From Phycisphaerae bacterium (lineage in GTDB: Bacteria > Planctomycetota > Phycisphaerae > JAAYCJ01), in contig JBAZZQ010000008.1 in the NCBI GenBank assembly GCA_041658725.1, positions 18,070 to 82,069 on the forward strand: a stretch of 64,000 nt of DNA, read 5' to 3'. Shown one piece after another: positions 59,601 to 64,000 of the stretch (positions are counted from its first letter, which is position 1; each line of letters opens with the position of its first letter). A program made the position numbers and the translations under genes. The notes beneath the pieces were generated by a model. That model was given only the letters and a program-made list of their open reading frames with translations. It was not told the origin of the DNA and did not search any database.

Positions 59601-60129
59601 CAAGATGGCCATCGCCACGCTGGAAGATCTGAAAGGAAAAACGGAAATCGTGATTTTCCCTGATCAGTATGGGCAAGTGCAGGACCTGATTCAGCCGGAC
59701 CGATTGGTGTTTGTCCGGGGCAGAGTGGACCGTCGGCGCGAGGTGCCTTCGGTTCGGGCGTCGGAAGTCTACGCGATGGAAAAAGGTCCGCAGCATTTGA
59801 CGAGCGATTGTGAAATTAAACTCACCGCCATTGGCTTGGGCACTGATACGATGGACAAATTTCATGCGATCTGTAAAAAGTATCCGGGTCAAAGCAAGAT
59901 TCTCTTTAACATCCGCACGAGCGAAGGCCATATCGTCGTCGTCCGGGCCGGAGATCACATCCGCATTTCGCCGAGCGGGGAATTTTTATCCGATGTGGAA
60001 ATTCTCCTTGGGCCGGGTCACATACACCTCCTCGCTGGTTCCTTAACCAACGGGGGCAAACCGAGCAATGGGGGCCAGCGATTCTGGCGGGCGAAGAACG
60101 GCCAAACGGCCGACGGCGCGGCGAGGTAA
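56605..60129 (+). CDS. dnaE: DNA polymerase III alpha subunit
   Basis: PHP domain (HLHVHTHYSLLDG), followed by the polymerase core, OB fold and C-terminal regions. Length 1174 aa. GTG start with RBS aggaag. Confidence 0.95.
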   Translation: MSQSFVHLHVHTHYSLLDGACRLEDLFSRCKQLGMNTLAITDHGNMFGAIEFYTKAQAAGIKPIIGYEAYIAPGDRREKEAKGIDEASYHLLLLAQNFTGYKNLLKLATTAYLDGFYYKPRIDKAVLKELNEGLICTSACLAGEISDKIMRQDLAGATMVAEEYAAMFGEKRFFIELMDHGIPEQKFVNEQLVDIADKLGLGLLATNDVHYLNQEDARAHEILMCVNTGKKLTDEKRLTFGSDKFYLRSGQEMAEVFKAYPQALSNTVQLAHHCNLELDFKKRYAPVYHPPEKKKPDDYLRELVYEQAEKLYGAITDDIRKRIDYELQVICSKGFSSYFLIVWDFVNFARQNGIPCGARGSACGTVVGYCLELSNVDPLKYELYFERFMDPERNDMPDIDMDMCQTNRPRVIDYVRRKYGHVAQIVTFNTMAARAAIRDVGRVMDIPLSQVDQIAKKVPFGAKVTLQDALDTEPDLKKLVAENPQIKDLMDVALRLEGLARNSSVHAAGVVIADVALEELVPLCKSGDDILTQYEGTIVEKVGLLKMDFLGLRTLSTLQRTVDLIEQQCGKKIDFENVPLEDPKVFEIFYSGRTKGIFQFESDGMRDLLMRMKPDRLADLIAANALYRPGPMVLIDDYIQRKHGTTWQAPHEIVKEVLKDTHGIMVYQEQVMRLCNQLGNIPMGRSYKLIKAIGKKNEEIISAERDAFLAGCRENGVAKDKAEELFDLIKRFAGYGFNKSHSTRYAMIAYETAYLKAYYPLQFMAALLTFEMGDTDKIVEYIDEARKMGIDVQAPDINASGVDFTVVYEKDKGLIRFGLAAVKGVGSKAVEAIVQARQAGGPFKSLFDFCRRVDLKNLNRGTIESLIKCGAFDSTGAKRKAMVDGLDRALEFASGLQRDANAGQMSFFDNFEKQADVVDEKLGSEEWPESDLLSFEKQTLGFYVTSHPLAQQAALLSSYATADTRKLGELDDGHEIVIGGLIEKVRTVVVKGRNGNGPAKMAIATLEDLKGKTEIVIFPDQYGQVQDLIQPDRLVFVRGRVDRRREVPSVRASEVYAMEKGPQHLTSDCEIKLTAIGLGTDTMDKFHAICKKYPGQSKILFNIRTSEGHIVVVRAGDHIRISPSGEFLSDVEILLGPGHIHLLAGSLTNGGKPSNGGQRFWRAKNGQTADGAAR

Positions 60130-60138
60130 GAGAATTAA

Positions 60139-60176
60139 ATATCCAATATCCGACACTCAACACCCAACATCCAAGA
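60139..60176. repeat. Second copy of the 37-38-nt heptamer-repeat element (identical to 20103-20140), 9 nt after the dnaE stop
   Basis: Exact match AATATCCAATATCCGACACTCAACACCCAACATCCAAG. It is followed by a degenerate octamer-repeat tract (TACTCGTC/TACTAGTC). Confidence 0.5.
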
Positions 60177-60221
60177 AAAAAATGTCGGACTCCGAAACTA
60201 CTCGTCTACTCGACTACTAGT

Positions 60222-61541
60222 CTACTTCTTAAACGTCGGCAGGTAATCCTTATTCTTTTTAAACATGGCGTCTACCATTTTTTTGATCTCGGCCAGGGAC
60301 AGGACGGCGGCGGTCAACGGGTCGTAGGCGATGGCCTGGAAGACAAGTTGTTTGTCGCCGGTGAGGCACCCTTCGACGGCCATTTCTTCGACGGCGACGC
60401 TGATGTTATTCAGGGCGGCGCACTGCGGGGGCAAGGCGCCGACGTAAATGGGGTTAAACCCGCTTTTATCCGCATAAACCGGGACTTCGACACAGGCTCC
60501 GTACGGGAGATTTGTGATCAGGTTGGTGTTGGGGACGTTGCCGTTGAATTTAAACGGCTGACCGCCGAGCCAGGCGTTGATGATGGATGCGGCGTATTCG
60601 TGTCCTCGTTTCAGGTCCAGCGGTTCGGTGCTTGTGATCCACTTTTCTGCCTCCTTACGCCAGGTTTTTTTTCTGTCTTCATAATATTTGACGATGTAGG
60701 CGTATTCGCCCGGGTTCCAGCCGGTGCCGGTGATGCAGTATTTCTTGATCAGGTCCGGTCGTTTGCGGAACCACCAGTTGTATTCGGAATTGTGGCCGCT
60801 GGATTCGGTGACGTAGTAGCCGAGGTGCAGGAACATTTCGTTTCGGACCTGCTCTCCGTTATAGATTTTTTTATTGGTTTCGACGGCCTTTCGGATTAGG
60901 GGAATAGCGTCTTTGCGATTCCGGTCGTATTTGATATACCAGGCTTGGTGGTTAATTCCAGCACAGACGTAATCGATTTCTTCCATGGGGGCCCCGATCC
61001 ATGTGGCAAGCATTTCCGCGGTGCCCTGGACGCTGTGACACAGGCCGGTGACGCGGACGTTGTTTTTTTGCTGCATGGCTCGGCAGAGCATGGCCATAGG
61101 ATTGGTATAGTTCAGCAAAATCGCGTTGGGGGCGTATTTTTCAATGTCGCGGCAGATATCGAGCATGACGGGGATCGTCCGCAAGGCTCGGAAGATGCCG
61201 GAGGGTCCGCGGGTATCGCCGACGCAGGTATCGACCCCGAATTGTTTGGGAATCAGAATATCATGCCGCCAGACATCCACGTCGCCGGCGAGGATGGTGC
61301 ACAAAACGGCATCAGCCCCTTTGAGAGCTTCCTTGCGGTCCTTGGTAACGATGATTTTGGCCGGATAGTTTCCTTCCCGGACGATTCGTTCCACGGATCG
61401 TTTGGCAAAATTGAGTCGTTCATCGTTAATATCCATCAACGTGAGAGTGGATCCTTCGAGCGAGGGAAACGTCAGCAGGTCCTTGACCAGCGTTCGGGTA
61501 AATCCGAAGCTACCTGCACCGATGAACGTAATTTTCGGCAT
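60222..61541 (-). CDS. Glycoside hydrolase family 4 (NAD+/Mn2+-dependent alpha-glucosidase/alpha-galactosidase)
   Basis: [16 protein letters not shown] Rossmann start and the conserved GH4 Cys/His region (GLCHSVQG). Confidence 0.85.
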   Translation of the reverse strand: MPKITFIGAGSFGFTRTLVKDLLTFPSLEGSTLTLMDINDERLNFAKRSVERIVREGNYPAKIIVTKDRKEALKGADAVLCTILAGDVDVWRHDILIPKQFGVDTCVGDTRGPSGIFRALRTIPVMLDICRDIEKYAPNAILLNYTNPMAMLCRAMQQKNNVRVTGLCHSVQGTAEMLATWIGAPMEEIDYVCAGINHQAWYIKYDRNRKDAIPLIRKAVETNKKIYNGEQVRNEMFLHLGYYVTESSGHNSEYNWWFRKRPDLIKKYCITGTGWNPGEYAYIVKYYEDRKKTWRKEAEKWITSTEPLDLKRGHEYAASIINAWLGGQPFKFNGNVPNTNLITNLPYGACVEVPVYADKSGFNPIYVGALPPQCAALNNISVAVEEMAVEGCLTGDKQLVFQAIAYDPLTAAVLSLAEIKKMVDAMFKKNKDYLPTFKK

Positions 61542-61631
61542 ATTTTTTCCTTTCCTGACAACGTTACATTTAAACGTTGGTAAATATCCTTACCAGATGT
61601 TTATATAGGTCAAAAATGATATCATATCGTT

Positions 61632-63101
61632 TTGGAATTGAAAAGGAAAATTGCGATTATGAGGATCAATAGATATCTAACTGGACGTTGGCGGGAGGAA
61701 GGCGGTTATCACGAGGTGCTCGTGATAGCCCTTCCGCTGATTTTAAGCACAGGGTCGTGGTCCGTTCAGCATTTTGTGGACCGGATGTTTTTGACGTGGT
61801 ATTCACCGGAGGCGATTGCGGCTTCGATGCCGGCGGGGCTGCTGAATTTTACCGTGATGAGTCTGTTTATCGGGACGGCGAGTTATGTCGGCACGTTTGT
61901 CGCGCAATACTACGGGGCCCGGCGGTATGAAAAAGTCGGTCCGGCGATCTGGCAGGGCATTTATGTTGCGATGCTGGGAGCGGTGGTGGCGGCGGCGTGT
62001 ATTCCGTTCGCGGGTGTTTTTTTTCGATGGATCGGTCACGGGGGCCTGGTTGAGGAATACGAGACGATTTTTTTCCAGGTGCTTTGCCTGGGGGCGGGTC
62101 CGGTGATTGCGTCGTCGGCCATGTCGGGATTTTTTTCAGGGTTGGGAAAAACGTGGGTAGTGATGTGGGTAAATATTTTTGCCACGCTGGTCACCCTGGT
62201 CGGAGATTATCTGCTGGTGTTCGGTCACGGAGGGTTTCCGCGGCTGGGAATTATGGGTGCCGGGATCGCCACGGTACTATCGGCATTTTTTTCTTTTTCC
62301 GTTTACCTGATTTTATTTTACCGCCGATCGTACAACGAAAAGTATCATCTTTTGAAGGGCTGGCGGTTTGATCGGGCAATGTTCGGTCGGCTTTTATATT
62401 TCGGATTTCCCAACGGAGTCCAATTTTTCCTGGACGTTGCCGGGTTTACAGCGTTTCTCTTTTTTATCGGCCGGTTGGGAACGACCAGTCTGGCCGCGAC
62501 CAACATCGCCTTTAATATCAATACGCTGGCGTTTATGCCCATGTTGGGGTTTGGGATCGCGACGTCCATACTGGTCGGTCAAAACCTGGGGGCCAATCGA
62601 CCGGGGGTAGCGGAAAAAAGCGTTTATTCCTGTTTTCATATCACGTTTGCATATATGGCGATGGTGGCCCTTTTGTTTGCCGTGGTTCCTGATCTTTTCA
62701 TTGACCCTTTTGCCGCGCAGGCCCAGGCCAAGGATTTCGCTCAGATTCGCCAGACCACGATAGTGTTGCTTCGGTTTGTAGCCGTTTATTCGATTTTCGA
62801 TACCTTGAACATTATTTTTGCCTCAGCGTTACGCGGCGCGGGCGATACGCGATATGTCATGATCATGATTGTATTTATTTCCTCGCTGGTGCTGGTGGCG
62901 CCGAGTTACATTGCGATGATCGTTTTGAAGAAGGGCATTTATACCGGCTGGACGATTGCCTCGGCGTATGTGATCATCCTGGGATTTTCGTTTCTGTTTC
63001 GTTTTCTGGGCGGGAAATGGAAGTCGATGCGGGTCATTGAGGAATCGGCGCCATCTTTCCCCTCGACCATCCCGGAAACTCCGACGATGGAGATTCATTA
63101 G
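61632..63101 (+). CDS. MATE family efflux transporter
   Basis: 12 predicted TM helices with the characteristic MATE repeat. The start may be the Met at 61662. Confidence 0.8.
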   Translation: MELKRKIAIMRINRYLTGRWREEGGYHEVLVIALPLILSTGSWSVQHFVDRMFLTWYSPEAIAASMPAGLLNFTVMSLFIGTASYVGTFVAQYYGARRYEKVGPAIWQGIYVAMLGAVVAAACIPFAGVFFRWIGHGGLVEEYETIFFQVLCLGAGPVIASSAMSGFFSGLGKTWVVMWVNIFATLVTLVGDYLLVFGHGGFPRLGIMGAGIATVLSAFFSFSVYLILFYRRSYNEKYHLLKGWRFDRAMFGRLLYFGFPNGVQFFLDVAGFTAFLFFIGRLGTTSLAATNIAFNINTLAFMPMLGFGIATSILVGQNLGANRPGVAEKSVYSCFHITFAYMAMVALLFAVVPDLFIDPFAAQAQAKDFAQIRQTTIVLLRFVAVYSIFDTLNIIFASALRGAGDTRYVMIMIVFISSLVLVAPSYIAMIVLKKGIYTGWTIASAYVIILGFSFLFRFLGGKWKSMRVIEESAPSFPSTIPETPTMEIH

Positions 63102-63628
63102 GGACAAATAAGGCAAACGAGTTCGTCGAGGGTTCGCGGGGCGGGAGTGCCGATCAGATTGGCCGATTGAAGGATTTTGGCGTGCTGGAGGAAATACTCC
63201 ATGACCTGGGGGCCATGCTCGGTTTCCTCTTCGATAGGGGACAGGTTTAATTCTTTCAACCATCGCTCGATCCGGGATTCAAAGAGGGAGCATGATCTTA
63301 TGGCCACGCCGTGAGATAATTCAAAGCTTTCCAAATCGGCAAGGTTTGCCATGATCGTAACGGGAGGATGTTTGACCTCGGCCAACCTGGAAAGATTTAG
63401 AAACGCATTACGGGCATCGGCGCAATTTTTATACCAGAGGATCATGCCGTCCCGGCTGTTTAACCGAGGAAGGTCGAGTAACGTCAACTCTCCGGAGGAA
63501 CATCGTTCGTAGGCTTGAATTTTACAGGCCTGGGAAAAAGAATCATTTTCCACCATCAGGCGAAGCTCTTCCGGGTTAAGAGAAAATTCCTGATGGGTGG
63601 ATGTTTTTAAAAGAAAGTCACGAGTCAT
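63098..63628 (-). CDS. Hypothetical protein
   Basis: 176-aa ORF, translationally coupled to the downstream ORF. No recognised motif. Confidence 0.4.
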   Translation of the reverse strand: MTRDFLLKTSTHQEFSLNPEELRLMVENDSFSQACKIQAYERCSSGELTLLDLPRLNSRDGMILWYKNCADARNAFLNLSRLAEVKHPPVTIMANLADLESFELSHGVAIRSCSLFESRIERWLKELNLSPIEEETEHGPQVMEYFLQHAKILQSANLIGTPAPRTLDELVCLICP

Positions 63629-64000
63629 CCTGGTTCTCTTCGCCGCTCCTGGATGTTCCCGCCCGCGAAAGTCAGCAGGAAGAGCAGTCCGACGGCGGGA
63701 ATTGAACAGGGGATACCTAACAGTCCCGATATCGTCTTGGTGATAGTGGCTCCCTGGGGCGGCACGGTTTGATTATCCTCCGTTTGGGTTGCGGCCAGGT
63801 CGAGGGGAAAATCGATTTTGACATTTTCATTTTCAATCGTAACGTCCGCGGTAACTTCCGGCAGATCGGATTGAATGATTTTTAAGGTATAGTTTCCGGA
63901 CGACGCGGCCACGGGAATGGCAAAACCTCCGGAGCTGGAAGTTACCGCGTAATATTCCCCGTGATCGGGCATAACCGCGACCCCCGCCAGACCTTCGCCC
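63625..64000 (-). CDS. Hypothetical protein with a CarboxypepD_reg-like segment and a C-terminal TM anchor. Partial, continuing beyond the window.
   Basis: YYAVTSSSGGFAIPVAASSGNYTLKI resembles the carboxypeptidase regulatory-like beta-sandwich. The C-terminus AVGLLFLLTFAGG is hydrophobic. Confidence 0.35.
   Translation of the reverse strand, partial: GEGLAGVAVMPDHGEYYAVTSSSGGFAIPVAASSGNYTLKIIQSDLPEVTADVTIENENVKIDFPLDLAATQTEDNQTVPPQGATITKTISGLLGIPCSIPAVGLLFLLTFAGGNIQERRREPG

Overview
This 64-kb window is a bacterial chromosomal segment of about 50% GC. The gene content suggests a PVC-type (Planctomycetota- or Verrucomicrobiota-like) genome. The supporting features are dockerin-tailed secreted proteins, many URO-D-like paralogs, GxxExxY cassettes, and fucose and other glycan utilisation genes. 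The phylum guess is inference only. Several housekeeping loci are recognisable: partial pdxB, clpS, rnpA-yidD, ybeY-pgpH-phoH, cdsA, uppS, purA, cca, cinA, metY, cysK, dnaE and a tRNA-Met(CAU). A long carbohydrate-catabolic stretch spans about 14.0-37.1 kb. It opens with a DeoR regulator and carries a class-III aminotransferase, two Gfo/Idh/MocA oxidoreductases, an FGGY kinase, AraA-like and FucI isomerases, a DhnA aldolase, a GH29 fucosidase, a DegT aminotransferase, Hyi-like TIM-barrel isomerases, an MttB-superfamily protein and four URO-D-like proteins. A 1282-aa hybrid PAS sensor kinase is also present. The mobile and accessory signals cluster around 37.5-49.6 kb. A truncated tyrosine integrase abuts the tRNA-Met gene. 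About 380 bp of the ybeY 3' end is duplicated in inverted orientation 9 kb away, fused to an IS66-family transposase N-terminal fragment. Next to that fusion lies a compact Type II restriction-modification system with a C (controller) protein, a PD-(D/E)XK endonuclease and an SPPY beta-class methyltransferase. A GxxExxY gene is flanked by 30-bp terminal inverted repeats built from CACAGAGAT tandem units. A HEPN/MNT toxin-antitoxin pair sits at the 5' end. Several structured non-coding elements stand out: a 37-nt heptamer-repeat element found after two genes, a 17-bp inverted repeat with a 93-nt spacer, a 173-bp MITE-like element, and a 71-bp double palindrome. The most plausible candidates for a novel system are the untypable sugar and amino-sugar catabolic clusters that mix URO-D-like and MttB-like proteins without any corrinoid protein, and the small mobile cassettes. 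I could find no CRISPR array, no rRNA and no obvious prophage.
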